Below are positions 51,696 through 64,000 of a stretch of DNA of 64,000 nt, piece after piece. The position numbers were made by a program, and so were the translations under genes. The DNA is taken from NCBI RefSeq assembly GCF_009834535.1, contig NC_045697.1:113276001-113340000 (forward strand), in the 5' to 3' direction. The notes beneath the pieces were generated by a model. That model was not told the origin of the DNA, made no database searches, and saw only the letters and a program-made list of their open reading frames with translations. Numbering within the stretch: position 1 is the first letter of the stretch; the number at the start of each line of letters is the position of its first letter. The DNA comes from Camelus ferus (lineage: Eukaryota).

Positions 51696-54672
51696 GTAAG
51701 TATACGTTACTGGCATGTAAGTTCTTTGCTTATCTAGTGCTTGTATTTTAGAAACAATTCTCAGTGATGTAGTTTTTTATAGTTAGATGGCACCTGTCTT
51801 CCCAAAGAGTTCGTTTATTTTCCTGATAACATCTCTGAAAGCTGTAATTTTTAACCAGCTTTATAAATGGTAGAGATCATTTATATCTTTTGCCCAGAAT
51901 GACACAGTCTACTAATAAGAGCACATTTGGGCCATAAAAGTTTTTTGAATTCTAATTTATTGTTTTTTTCCATTATATACTTTCTTTCATATATCCATGC
52001 TACTCAGTATTAGTATTATAATTATTATTAAGTTTTTAAAAAAAGCTTTTCCAGTTTAAATAAAAATTATATTCAAGATTATATTCATAAGATTAACTAT
52101 TTAATAAAACTTTATAATTCTCAAGAAGAAAAAAGATGATGAATAAATTTCAAGTTGCTTATAAATTATAAACTTACAGAAGAGAGAACTAAAATGTGTT
52201 CCTGGAAAGTTGTGTATCAAGCCGTCATTAACAAAGTTGACTTAACCAACAAACCAGTGCGCTCCATTCTGTCTGTAAATGTGCTGAATAATGCCCGTGG
52301 CACGTGGCTGGTAACATTTCTGCATACTTATGCTCCCACTGGTTAATTGTATATTTTCTAGGTGTCAGTTGTGTAGCGAGGTGTTAGCTGTAGAGCTGTT
52401 TATATCAGTTAATTTTTATACAGACCAGTGGCCTACGGATTCAAGTAGAATAGCTGTTTCTATAAGCATAAGTTGAGTGCTGTGGAAAGATGTAATGAGC
52501 ATGAGCCAATACGAATACTGTCCAATTAGGGTGGAGGGAAAGGCCTCTAAAGGTTGGGGGAAGGAAGAAAGATCTTAAATCCCAAAAGGCTTTGTACTCA
52601 GTTTGACACCCAGGTCCGTTTGAGGTCTAGCTCTCTGTCCTTTGGAAACTTGAAATACAGGTGAAGCACGAGGGGCGTGGTTCTTGCAGGAGCTGGAGGG
52701 GAGCTCCAGGCAGTGAGTAGTCGCTGTGCTGCTAGTCCTACGTACCAGTCCCAGACTGGGGGGGGGGTGCGGAGGGTAGGGGAGTGGAAAGGTCTACCAC
52801 TTACATATTAAATCCAGCCTGAGTTTTAGGTGTACAAATAATCTCTGAAATGAGATGAACATTTTGTTCCTGATAATTGATTAAGTTCATGTTTAAGAAT
52901 CCACATACTTCATCTTTTCTGAAGGAACATTTGGCTTAAGGTGTTCTTCAGACCACATAGGGTTAATTTTTCTAAACAACCTTTGACAAGAAAGGTGAAT
53001 TCAGTAGACCATAAAGTTCATGAAGATTTTACTATGTTATAAAATCATGCCTTAAATAGCATTAGCATTTCATTCTGTTTTTAAAGTTCAGATGTTGGTC
53101 TGGATATGCCATATACTTAGCTTTCAACAGATAAAACATTTTTGCTTAAAGCAGATAGATTGAAAGGTTTTTTGAAGATGTTTTTAGATAGATTTTAAAC
53201 AACAGAAGCAGTCTTTGTTCTTAATTTGTTAGAACAAGAATTTTGTCCTAGAAAGAAATAACAAGAAACTAAAGAATTGAGCAGTTGGGGCCCCCCCTGC
53301 AGAAGCCCCACCGGCCAAGACTCCCTCTGCTCTAGCAGGCACTGTCATTGCTGGTCGTGGGGATTCCTCTGCCTTTGAGGTGAGAAGTTTAGCTTCTCTC
53401 CAGCTTACCTGCCTCCAGTAAGGCTGTTTTAGTCGTAGCTTCCCATGAACTTACCCTCTTGTTAAAGATGCTGCTTGAAATGTCACTTCATCTTTAGTAG
53501 ATTTGCTTTTCTGTGGTAATGCGCTAGTTGGGGAACTTTTCCCATTTATGTCTTTAAAAGGCGAAGGGCACTGCAGGCTGTGAGAAAACACCTGTACAAA
53601 AGGGAGTACTGGAGCTGTGTTAAATGTCTGGGTGCTGGGCGATAATTAAATGCTTTTTATTAAGTGGCAGAAAAGTCACTGATAATAACCTCTTGTAGAG
53701 TGTCCAAGTTCCGAATTAAAATTTTAGAGCAAACTTAATGATTTTCGTGTTTTGCCAGCTTTCTGACATCTGTAAATCCGTTTTAATGGATTATAGATGA
53801 ATGGATTAATGATTAAATGAACCCCCCTAAGAATCTCATTTATTTTTGAGGTCTGATTTCAAGCAGTGAGGACAGCATCTGTTCCTAATTCTTTGTAATA
53901 TTTTAATGTAATTGAATAACAAGATACTGTCAAACTGAATTCAAAAAGGTTAAAAAGATAAGATTAAAAATGAGCTTCCAGAAGTTATAATCATACTTGT
54001 AATAGATGTATGTGCTTCTGTTGGTCACAGAGTGTGACGATACTGTCCTTTGGAATCTTCCGAGCTCCTCTTCCTCCCCACACTAGATAGCCTTTATCTC
54101 ACCCTTCCTGCTTTGACAGTCACTCTTGGAGTAAGCCTTGGTTACTGCCGGAGGATTGCTGATACTCCTCAGGTGAACTGAGAAAGAAGAGTTTCATGCT
54201 GTGATCTCTGTCATGAAACCTGTACATCTTAGAGAAGGGAAAGCCTTGTATTTGTTTTTGTATACTTGACACCTGGAACATCATCTGACCTAAAGTAGGT
54301 GTAGGTATGGGTGAGCATTTATTGACGGAACTCTGTGAGCTGAGCTTGGGTATCATGAAAGTGTTAAATCAGAGCGTCTGGAGCTTCTTAGAAGCTGCAG
54401 AACCGCCTTCCCCTGCCTTTCCACTTTCCCATCGCCTTGGCTTGCTGCAGAATCCTAATGTGTATGTGTGCTCTTCCCACATCTTCTCAGACAAGGCAAA
54501 GTACACATAAATGATCCTTTATTCTTTGCTCTTATTTTCATGTATATATATATGTCCGGTTAAGATTTGAGCTTAGGTCCTCTACTTTATCATTTTCCAT
54601 ACTATTAAGTTACAAGCATTAATGGAAACTTAGAAGTGCTTTGCCCTTTTGACCTTTTTTTTTCTCCCCTAG

Positions 54673-54724
54673 GGATAGGGGATCGGATGCGTCATGGAAG
54701 AATGATCAAGAACCACCACCAGAT
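54673..54724 (+). CDS. NAF1: NAF1 coding exon 6 (Q-DRGSDASWKNDQEPPPD)
   Basis: Acceptor CCCCTAG|G, donor GAT|GTAAGT; carries the conserved Naf1 GSDAS..D.E motif. Confidence 0.96.
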
Positions 54725-57008
54725 GTAAGTAGAAATCTTTTTACACAGTATTTGAGAAGATAAGGCAGGACTTGATCTCACAGATTCACCGTTCCTGACC
54801 GCAAGGAGGTCCTCAGTGCAGCTCACCAGTCTCACTGCCTCTGTGAGCCCGTGTCCTCTCCCCTCTCCCACGTGACTTCTGTACCTCTCAGTAAGCATTT
54901 TTCATCATTTTAGGAAAAAAAAAATATTTTCAGTCACAATAGTTACCAGCTTTTATCATTTTCCTTAAAATGTCCTATTTTTATCAGTTTTGTTGATACC
55001 TAGTAAAAGCAGAACTGTCATTATTTAAAGAAATTTTTTCCTTAGTAAATTCACCATGTGGGAAGTGAAGACATTTATTGATGGTGCCTTTAATAAGTTG
55101 TCTTTCTTTTGGAGGTACAAAATCATCGCAGTCTCCCTACCTCGCCATTTTTTGCAATATAGTTACCTTCCTAGAAAGAATTCTCTTGTTTTTCGTTCTT
55201 AAATCCATGTCAGCAACATTATTTTTATGCCTCAAATTAGCTTGATATATATGATTGTTAAAATATGAAAATTATAGCGTAAGTGCATACATTCTTAAAA
55301 ACAGTATGAATTTATATAATATAAAAGAAAAAACATTATTATAATTGAGACTTTTTAAATGTGCTCAGTAGTTGTGATGAAATTTCTCAATGTTGTAAAT
55401 TCTTGGTATTTGTAGATGTCACTGATCATTTGAGATGTTCTCACGAAGTGCTGAGAGTTGATGGTCTGTGTTAATTTCCAGTTTTGCTGAGGCGTGAGTC
55501 AGGAGATGCCCACTTAGAGGCTCACTTAACCTGTGAGCGATCCCAGTTTAGTATCCACATTGCCCTGGGTGGTGTTTTCTGGTTTGTGTCATGTGTACGT
55601 GTGGTTTCCACTAAGACCCCGAAGAGTCACTAATTATTCTCAGTTGTGTTCAGGGCATCTTATAACTAAAAGCATATGGTTTTAATGTATTGGCGTTTCA
55701 CAAAGGTCTTGAAACATATTTCTTGTGAAACACAAATACTTTAATATAATATATCCCTGTTGTTTCAGACCTAAGCATTGAAACTGCTAACTATGGTAAT
55801 GTTAATTGTTTGTAAAATTAGTTTGCTTAGGTGAGTTATCCAGTTAAATCCCAGGGTACTTCATGGGGTGGTTTTTTTCCAGGTAGTTGACTGGGTGTCT
55901 CTATTTCCATAATATGAAAAGCTCTGAGATTCTAAAGTTTATTTTATTATGATCAGATTATGTACTATGGAATTACTACCTGGTCTTAACCGTAGATTAG
56001 AATTTCAGATCTGTGGGGTTTAAACTTAAAATCATGCCGTAAAAATAGGAAATATTGAACCTGCATAAAGGGGCAAAAAATTACTTAATAGGGACTATAT
56101 CTTATTCATCTCCACCTGTGTTTCTAACAGGAATACATAATTTGAGTTGAATAAATGTGTTTTTTCATGCTTTTAATGAAACATAGTATTTGTTTTCTGA
56201 TGTTAATGGGATAATAGAACACCTGAATTCCAGTAAATCATAGAAGTCATATATAGCCCATAGGTCTTGTCTTGTGGTATGCTACAACAGTGGGTCTCAG
56301 TTCTTAGTAACGTCTGAATTTTCCCTCTCGTAATTTAAAATGACTTCCTCTTGGAAGCTGGGTCATGCGTGTATCCACTTATCAGTCTTCCTACAGTCCT
56401 GTCCGAATAGCATCCTGGTGATTCTCTCCACCTTTACTTTGCCTTATTATTTATTTATGGCCTTTACTATACCTAACATTATAACACTTATAAAGTGTTT
56501 AGAACAGTGCCTGGCATATAATGGGGTATGTGTAAATTTTGAATGAAGGAAAGGTATAACATTCTCTTCCATTTTTATATTAGTGTGTTTGTTTATTCCT
56601 AGCAACTCCTTCATTTAGCAATCTTTGGCCCCTGGAACTATGATGACTCTTGACTCTAAGCTAGAAGTCAGATTTCTAGCTAGGGAATTACCCATATTTG
56701 AAGGTTGAAAGATCGGCATTTTAAAATCTGAAACTTTCTAGGGATTCAAAACAAAATAAAACAAAAATGTCTTCAGTACTCATCTTGATTACTGGCTTGT
56801 GTTAGAGTCCAATAATTAGACATGTATCAAAAAATACCTTATTTTTCTATCATATCTAATTAAGTAGAATATTACTGGAAAATATTAATTACTGAAAAGG
56901 GTAACTTTTTTTCAAGGTCACCATTGAATAATAGCCTTCTCCTCACCTCCACGTATGTGCCATTAAATTTATGGATGCATGTGACATAAATCTGTTTTTT
57001 TCTGCAAG

Positions 57009-57111
57009 GCCTTAGATTTCAGTGATGACGAAAAGGAAAAAGAAGCCAAACAGAGGAAAAAATCTCAGATTCAGGGCCGGAAAAAATTCAAATCTGAATT
57101 TAATGAGCCAG
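57009..57111 (+). CDS. NAF1: NAF1 coding exon 7 (ALDFSDDEKEKEAKQRKKSQIQGRKKFKSEFNEP)
   Basis: Acceptor TTTTCTGCAAG|GCC, donor CAG|GTAAGT; carries the FSDDE.E motif and a basic NLS-like stretch. Confidence 0.96.
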
Positions 57112-57429
57112 GTAAGTAAATGCAGTAGATAGTAATTTTTAAATCTTTATTTACATATATATAAGTTCCTAAGTCATAAAACTGAGGGAAACATCTGGGT
57201 TTTCTCTTTACATTCTGGCATCTGGCTAGCGTTGGAGGCGTCACACAGTGTGGGATGTGGTGGGAGACTCACTAGGAGTGTTCAGTGGTTTTTCAAGCTT
57301 AAGGATGTAAAAATGGCTCCTAAGGGGTAAAAGGGTTAACTCAGCCTTGGTAGAATCATTTGTGCTCGTCAGCACTTTTTCCTTAAGAAACCTATTTGCT
57401 TCTGTTTTTAGAGTTAAATGATACGGTGC

Positions 57430-60400
57430 TTAAAGCAGAATCAAGGTGTTTTATTTTATATTGACACCAACGCAGTCACAGGAGAGGCGGTCCGCGTGTT
57501 GCCTGTTTATAGTCACATCCACTTCCCTCCTGCCTCTCCCTCAGCGCCTGACAACCACCGATCTGCTCTCCATTTCTGTAATACATTTGGTCATGTCAGC
57601 AGTGGTTGTGTAAATTAGCCGCTGGGCTTTGTCGCTGGGTGTAATTTTCTAGTCATCCAGATTGCCGTACATGTCAAGTTTGTTTTCATCCCAGGGTGGG
57701 GTTCTGTGGTGTGGATGTACCACAGCAGGTTTAATGTTTAATCCTTCCATCGAAGGACATTAGGGTTGTTAACTGTTTCCAGTTACATGACTAAAGCTGC
57801 TTTATACATTTGTGCATAGGTTTCTGTGTGAACACAGATTTTCACATTTCTTTGAGATAAATGTCCAAGAGTGCAGCTGGGTTATATAATACAGTTGTCA
57901 GTTGACCAACATGGGGGTTAGGGGCACTGGACACCCCCATGCAGTTGAAAATCCGTGTATAGCTTAGAGTTGGCCCTCCGTATCTGTGGTCATGCCTCCG
58001 TGAATTCAGCCAACCTTGGGCTTGGATCACATAGCACTGTAGTAGTATTTATTGAAAAGAAATCTGCGTATAAGTGGACCTGTGCCGTTTAGACCCGTGT
58101 TAAAGGGTCTGCTGTAGCGTTACGTTTAGTTTCTTGAGAAACTGCCACAGTATTTTTCACGTGGCTGTACCTCTTTGCACTCTTGTCACCAGCGTATGAG
58201 TGACCCAGTTTCTCTGCATTCGCACTAGCACTTGGTATTGTCATTATTTTTTATTTCAGCCATTCTGATAGGCGTGCAATGCCATGTAACTGTGATTTTA
58301 ACTTGCATTTTTCTAACGGTTAATGATACTGAACATCTTTCCACGTGTTCATTTGCTGACTGTCTCTTCGGTGATGTATTTGTTCATGTCTTTTGCCCAT
58401 AGTCGAATGGTGTTTCTGTTTTACTCTTGAGTTTGAGAGTTTGTATGAACTTTCTTCCAGTCTGTAGCTTGTGTTTTCATCCTCTAAAAGGGCCTTTTGC
58501 AGAACAGAATTTTTTATCTTGATTAAGTTTTTATCAATTTTTCTTTTATGGAGTCTGGGAATTTCTTTCCTAGACACCTACATCCCAAAGATTTTCTCTT
58601 TATTACTTTTTATCTGAAAGTTTGCAAAATATTTTAGCCATTTTAGTTCCTTTGCCTTACCATATGAGTTTCAGAATAATCTTCTCTATATTGACTAAGT
58701 CTTGCCGGAATTTTGATAGGAATTAGGATGAACCTATATATTGGTTTGGAGAGAGCTAACATTTTAACTGTATTGTCTCCCATTCCACAAACATAGTATA
58801 CATCTCAGCTAATTTAGATCTTCTTTAATTTCTTCAGCAGCATTATGTAGTTCTCAGAATCAGGTCCTCCTATACATTTTTTTGTTAGATATACACCTGA
58901 GTATTTCATTTTTTTGCAATCACTGTAAATGGTGTTTTTGATTCCAGTGTCCATGTGTTCATTTCTAGAATACAGAAATACATTGTCTTGGAGTGGTCAT
59001 ATTTAGCTTGGATGTCGTGACCTTGCTTGACGCACTAGTTCTGGGAGTTTTTTCCTTGAGATTTTCAGTACGGACAGTTATTTTCAGGATAGTCAGTAGC
59101 AAATAGGAGCAGTAGTATTATTAATGTTTTCCCCAATCCGGTATATTTTATATATTGTGATTCAGCTTAATGTTTCTTCGTTTTTATTTCCCTTGGGATT
59201 TCCTCTTTGACCAATGGGTTATTTAAAAGAGTATTACTTAATTTCCAAGTGTTTGGAGATTTTTCTGTTCTCTGTCTCTTATTGCTGTTTTGATTTTGTT
59301 GTGGGTTGAGAACACAATCTGTACGATTTCAGTTCTACATTTTTTTAAACTTTTTAACCAAGATAGGGTCTATCTTGGTGTATAGTTTTGGGCATTTGAA
59401 TCTTATGCCAGATTTGAGAAGTGTTCAGTCATTATTTCTTCAAGTACATCTTCGGCCTCACTCTTTTTCTCTGTTCCTTCTAGGATTCTGAAGATGTAAA
59501 GTTGGATATTTTGTTCCAGTCCCGCAGGCCCCTGAGGCTCTGTGCATTGTTTCCCTAGTTTATTTCCTTTCTGCTGTTCAGACCGGATCCTTCCTCTTGT
59601 TCCATCTTAAGTTCCCTGAGTCTTTCCTCTGCCCCTTCGTTCTGCCGTTGAGCCCTCCACTCAGTTTTTAGATTATTGAAGTTTTAGTTCTGCAATTTCT
59701 TTTTGTTTCTTTTTTTGATGAGACTTTTTAAAATTTGTTTGTGTGTTTCTAATTTTTATGATGATTATTTAAAAATATTTCTCTGATAATCCTAACATCT
59801 TTGTCTTATTGGCGTTGGTCTCAGTTTTCCTTATTCATTGAGTTTGAAATCTTCTTGATTCTTGGTGGGACGACTGGTTTTTAATTGAAACCTGAACATA
59901 TTAGTTATTATGTTATGAGACTCTAGATCTTGTTTCAGTCTTCTGTTTTAGCAGTTTTGTTTTTATTTGTTTTTAAAACTGTCCTAGCAGGGACAGGAAG
60001 GAGGAAGGTACTGCATTATTACTATTACTGCCAGGTGGGGATAGGAGTTCAGCTTTTCTTCTCAGCTTCTGTTGACACCTGAGGCCAGGTGTCAGTAATG
60101 ATGTCTTGTTACTGCTGGGCAGGGCACCCTCCCCTTGGGTCTGGCGGGGGTAAGAGTGCCTCCTTACGGCTCCTGGCCGCAGTGGGGTCAGTGATGCTGG
60201 GCAGTGATCAATGTCCCTACTCCCAGGTCTTCTCTGGTCCCACCCACATGCAGGAGGCGGACTGAGGCTGTGCTACTGCTGCTGGAGGCGAGTCCAGGTC
60301 CCCGTTTGATCGCCATTGTCCCTGAGGAAGACCAGTCCCTGGCTCCCTGCTCAGCCTGTTCTGACACCACCCTGGAGGGAGGGCTGGAGCGTCTCCTGAC

Positions 60401-60560
60401 AGCCTGTCCAGCGTGAAAGCCAGGCTCCCCACTCAGCCTTGGAGAGGCAGAGTAGGGGTGGTGTTCAGCTTTGTCTGTGGTGTTTGTTTGGCTGGAGTCA
60501 AGTGGTTGTTGACTCAGAGTTTTGTCTTACTAGATTCTCCCTTTCCTGATCCCCTGGCCT
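57430..60560 (-). mobile_element. Fragmented old L1 occupying most of intron 7 (antisense)
   Basis: Antisense L1 3'UTR/ORF2-like text at 57430-58960 and ORF1/5'-region-like text at ~59150-60560. Confidence 0.65.
57892..58114. mobile_element. Tigger2-derived MITE (TcMar) nested in L1
   Basis: CAGTTG...AACATGGGGGTTAGGGGCAC start and ...GCGTATAAGTGGACC...AAGGGTCTGCTG end, with TA on both flanks (57890-57891, 58115-58116). Confidence 0.75.
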
Positions 60561-60717
60561 TTTGGATTCATTTAAAATTGATCATTTTAAGTCTTACGAA
60601 TTTGTAATTACCATTAGATATACTAGAAGTTAGAGAAAAGCCACGATTCAAATTTTAAACAGTATTTTTTGATTAAAATTAATTTTAACTTTGCTTTCCT
60701 GCTTTTTTCCCCTAAAG

Positions 60718-61163
60718 GTGAGGATCTGGCAGAAGTACATCAAAACTGGAATGTTCACAGCTCTGCTTCAGAGCATTCAAAAGGCTATCGCAACAGAGAG
60801 TTCCCAGGAGGATTTTCCCGGGGGCGGTACCCGAGGCCCTGCCCTGGCGGGCCCCCGCCCCCGCAGTTCTACAGCGCAGAGCCCGCGGTACCTCAAGAGA
60901 CTTCAGGATTTCCGCCTCCCAGGCAGGACGGCCCCGTGATGCCGCAGTACCCCTTCCCGCCTCCCGTCTTTGACATGCGTCCCTTCTCACTCCCGCCTCC
61001 CCCTCCGCCCCCGCCGCCCGCATCCGCGCACGTGGCTTGGGCTGCGCCCCCCCTGGCCCCTCACCCCTTACTGCCCTTGCCCTACGCCCTGCCCCCGCCC
61101 CCGCCGCCGCCGCCCCCCTCCTCCGGAGACGGCAGCTCTCCGCCTTTCGGGCCTTACTATTAG
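60718..61163 (+). CDS. NAF1: NAF1 coding exon 8, terminal and proline-rich (GEDLAEVHQNW...FGPYY*)
   Basis: Acceptor CCCCTAAAG|GT; in frame with ORF 60669..61163; ends in TAG. Confidence 0.95.
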
Positions 61164-61380
61164 GCGGGTGTGTGCACTTCCTGAGAAATGTGGACTTTCT
61201 CTATTATACGGGAAGGATTTTTTTTTTTAAAGAAAGATTATGGAGCTAGATTTTTAAAATGTTGTAAATTACTGAATGATTCCTTCAGCTGTAAGTTGAT
61301 GCATATTGTAACCTTTGTGAAATTTATGAAAGATTAACTTTAGACTTGCAGAGGGGGGGAATCCAATTATGTGATACTTA

Positions 61381-61541
61381 ATTAAAACTTTGAACCTTGC
61401 CCACAGTATATACTGTAGACTTAATAGTAGATCTGGGGCAGCTTTCATTATGTGTATTAAAATATGCTGAACGTACAGGTTGTCTTCTTGGTAAATCTGA
61501 CAGTAAGATGTTGAAATGCTATTGAGAGTCTTTAAAATAAA
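61381..61541 (+). terminator. Candidate NAF1 polyadenylation signals
   Basis: ATTAAA at 61381-61386 and 61456-61461, AATAAA at 61536-61541; a further AATAAA at 61908-61913. The sequence alone cannot show which one is used. Confidence 0.55.
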
Positions 61542-61959
61542 CTATTTTTATAAACTTATGCTTGAAAATTGATTTTGATTGTAAATGCAGTTTACCACTA
61601 CATTTAAATGTCCGAATTTTTGTGAAGTGAAGGGTCCAGAGAAGAAAAGCTTTTACATATTGGCAGAAGCTGTGTCTGTTATTTAAGTTGGTACTTATTA
61701 ATTGTGCATAGGCAGGCTCTCCATTATCTATGCAGAGTTCCATTGTTTGGGCACTACCCAGTAGGCTTACTGTGCAACCATTTAAAGAGACAGGATGATT
61801 CACAGTGAAATACTTACTTGTTTGCAGTGACATGTTTTTAACCCCATACCAGGAGACTGTGTCCTCCATATGTTTCCCAGATTCTTGGATGCCCAGTTTA
61901 AGTGCATAATAAATATTTATTGAACTCACTGAATTTAGAGTTTTTAATTAAATGACTAG

Positions 61960-62150
61960 TGACTGTTATTACAGAATTTTAGAAATAGAAGAGGCCTTGG
62001 AAGTAGCCTAGACTAGTCCTCATTTAATAACTACGGAGCAGCCCCAGGGGTCCAGAGAGGTTAAGTCAGTAAGGTCGCTCAGCGAGGTGACAAGGAGTTA
62101 AACCTGGTTCTGATCCTCAGCCCAGCACGCTCTGCTGAATTGGTGTTTTC
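61960..62150. mobile_element. MIR fragment downstream of NAF1
   Basis: CAGAATTTTAGAAATAGAAGAGGCCTTGGAAG...CCAGAGAGGTTAAGTCAG...AAGGTCGCTCAGC. Confidence 0.55.
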
Positions 62151-64000
62151 CAATCTTTTGTTCCTTGACACTCTTAGAAGATGATACCTGTGTGCGCGTT
62201 GGGGTGTCTGGTAATGGAGCAGAAGCCAGTGAACTCTGGTTGCACCCAGGCCTCACTTCCTTCCCACGGGCTGGGAGACCGCAGGGCTCCTGGGGCACAA
62301 GTTTTGAGGGTCTTGCTTTGCTATGCCATGACTTTACCACATGTTGTGCTTACGGTTCTTGAAATGGTATTGCAGCTTCTCTTTAGGAGTTACTTTCATA
62401 AATTACGGCACAGTCTTCTTCTGGTTGATGGAATACTTTAAGAGTTAACGAGATTGTAGCAAAAAGCACTAAGAAAACCCCAAAACTCCTCTGTGGAATG
62501 GGCAGAGTGAGGTGTTGGCATCCAGTGATGGTAAATCATTAAGCTGTTGTAATCGCCACAGCATTTAGAAAATGTTTGGGCCTCTGTGCAAAAGGAGACA
62601 GTAGACACTTGACAGGAGCTATTTAATATCTGAAGCAGCCTCGAGCTGAATGATACTGTTTAGTTTCTGCTTTCAGTTAAGCAGCTACCTTCAACACTTA
62701 GGTCCAATTGGCTTCCTCTCTAGACTTCATTCAGGGCTTTTGAAACCTCAAACATCACTTAAGCTTTGGATAGTCTGTTAAACATGCGCATTCTTGGATT
62801 TCATCCCCAGATTCAAATTCAGTAGATCTAAGAGGAGACCTACAAAACCACTGCTAACAAGTGCCCCCAGGTGATGAATTTCAGGATTTATTCTGTCTAG
62901 TATGTGTAGATTTCAGGGTAAATATACTGCTCCAGCTTCTTGGCCCTTCACTCTGGGACTGGAGGGGGTTCTGTGTGGGGCAGTGGTGAGGATCGGAGGC
63001 AGGGGCCGTGGGGGTTGTTAGGGAAGAAGAGAGAAAACAAAATAGCTGCTTTAGTTGTACCGGGGGCATCTCAGAGCTGTTTTTCAGCTGTGTGCATCTT
63101 TGGAGCTGAAGAGGAGGAACCAAGTTGTCTCTTTTATTTGGAAGAGAGAAATACTAACATTCTCATCATCCTCACCTTAACCTCCAGTGCTGCTTTTCAA
63201 ATCGTGCGGCCCTAGGTCTTGAAACTATTAGCTGGTATAAAGTAAGTACTTAACGTGTTCTGCCCACGCGACTTCTCACCCCAAACAGAGAATTCTTTCT
63301 AAGTCTTTTCCTGTAATAACATAGACTGGCATTTCACACGATTGAGCGTAGATGGTGCTTTTGTCTGTTTACAGTTGTAAATATGGTAAAATGAAATTCA
63401 AATGGCAGCCTCAGCTAATAAATTTCTGTTATTAAGAAGAGTAACTGTCTTTCTCCTCTTCCTTTCTTTAACAGACAAGATAGTCAGGCCCCCGAGAATT
63501 GGACGACTTGTCCGTGTCATGTAGAAATATGTATGGAAGGAACTGGGTTGAGACTCTGGTGCAGACCTGGAAAAGAATTTGCTGTGTCAGAACTCAGCAA
63601 GACACGTTTCTCCAAAGCCGTGTAGGAAGTTACATGTGCAGGGGTCCCCGCTGCTTCAGGCCTGAGGACTGTGGAATGCTTCCTTTCTCATCCTCTCTCC
63701 CCGCTCCATTCTGACGTGTTCCTCCCTCCCCTACTCCTCTTGTGTTACTTTATGTTGTTTGCTTAGAGTTGGTGAAACTATATTAAAAAACTTCAGAACA
63801 TTTGATGAATAAGAAATGAGTAGACTCTGAGTTCCAATCTACTATAATTTTAAACTATTTAATAAAAAAGAAGTGGTATTTAAAATCCCCAGGTACCAAA
63901 AATCTTAGTGTTATTTTTTTAAGGACAGGGTTTCTTGAGATAATGATTTGGGCAGAGAGGCAATCTCAGACACAGTGTGTCATTTATATATATTCTATTT

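Larger units (their letters stand above)
27812..61163 (+). other. NAF1: NAF1 gene span, start codon to stop codon; 8 coding exons, predicted 456 aa H/ACA RNP assembly factor
   Basis: The spliced translation runs MEVVEAAAAQLQTLKF...SDSDS-ETDSDSSSS...KTKDELLLS-ELPSVEEL...GKIFEIFGPVAHPFYVLRFN...KLKQDRGSDASWKNDQEPPPDALDFSDDEKEKEAK...Pro-rich...FGPYY*. This matches the recalled mammalian NAF1 sequence, including the Gar1/Naf1 domain. Exon lengths 266+166+94+83+161+52+103+446 = 1371 nt, with all phases compatible. Confidence 0.97.

Noticed and set aside
60691..61249. Alternative-frame and antisense ORFs over exon 8
   Set aside because: Explained by high GC content; no start context or recognisable homology.

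Overview
Mammalian genomic DNA, not prokaryotic. The window holds one complete protein-coding gene on the + strand, NAF1 (H/ACA ribonucleoprotein assembly factor). I reconstructed it by hand as 8 coding exons (27812-28077, 30491-30656, 44652-44745, 47760-47842, 51535-51695, 54673-54724, 57009-57111, 60718-61163). All introns are GT-AG, phases are consistent, and the CDS is 1371 nt (456 aa). It is preceded by a CpG-island promoter. The upstream ~27 kb and the introns are mostly transposable-element relics: L1 fragments, L2/MIR, MaLR and ERV1 solo LTRs, and hAT and Tigger DNA transposons. The L1 3' ends look cetartiodactyl-type, and I see no Alu, rodent, ruminant, pig or carnivore SINEs, so a camelid is the likeliest source (inference). 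I found no convincing new multi-gene system. The most interesting observations are a candidate NMD-coupled alternative donor in NAF1 intron 1, a candidate downstream alternative last exon, an unusually GC/CpG-rich terminal exon, a twin-primed inverted L1 with a CpG-decayed target-site duplication (TSD), a multi-layer nested TE stack, and a cluster of co-oriented ERV1 solo LTRs upstream. TE family names come from recalled consensus similarity, not a database search, and many TE boundaries are approximate.
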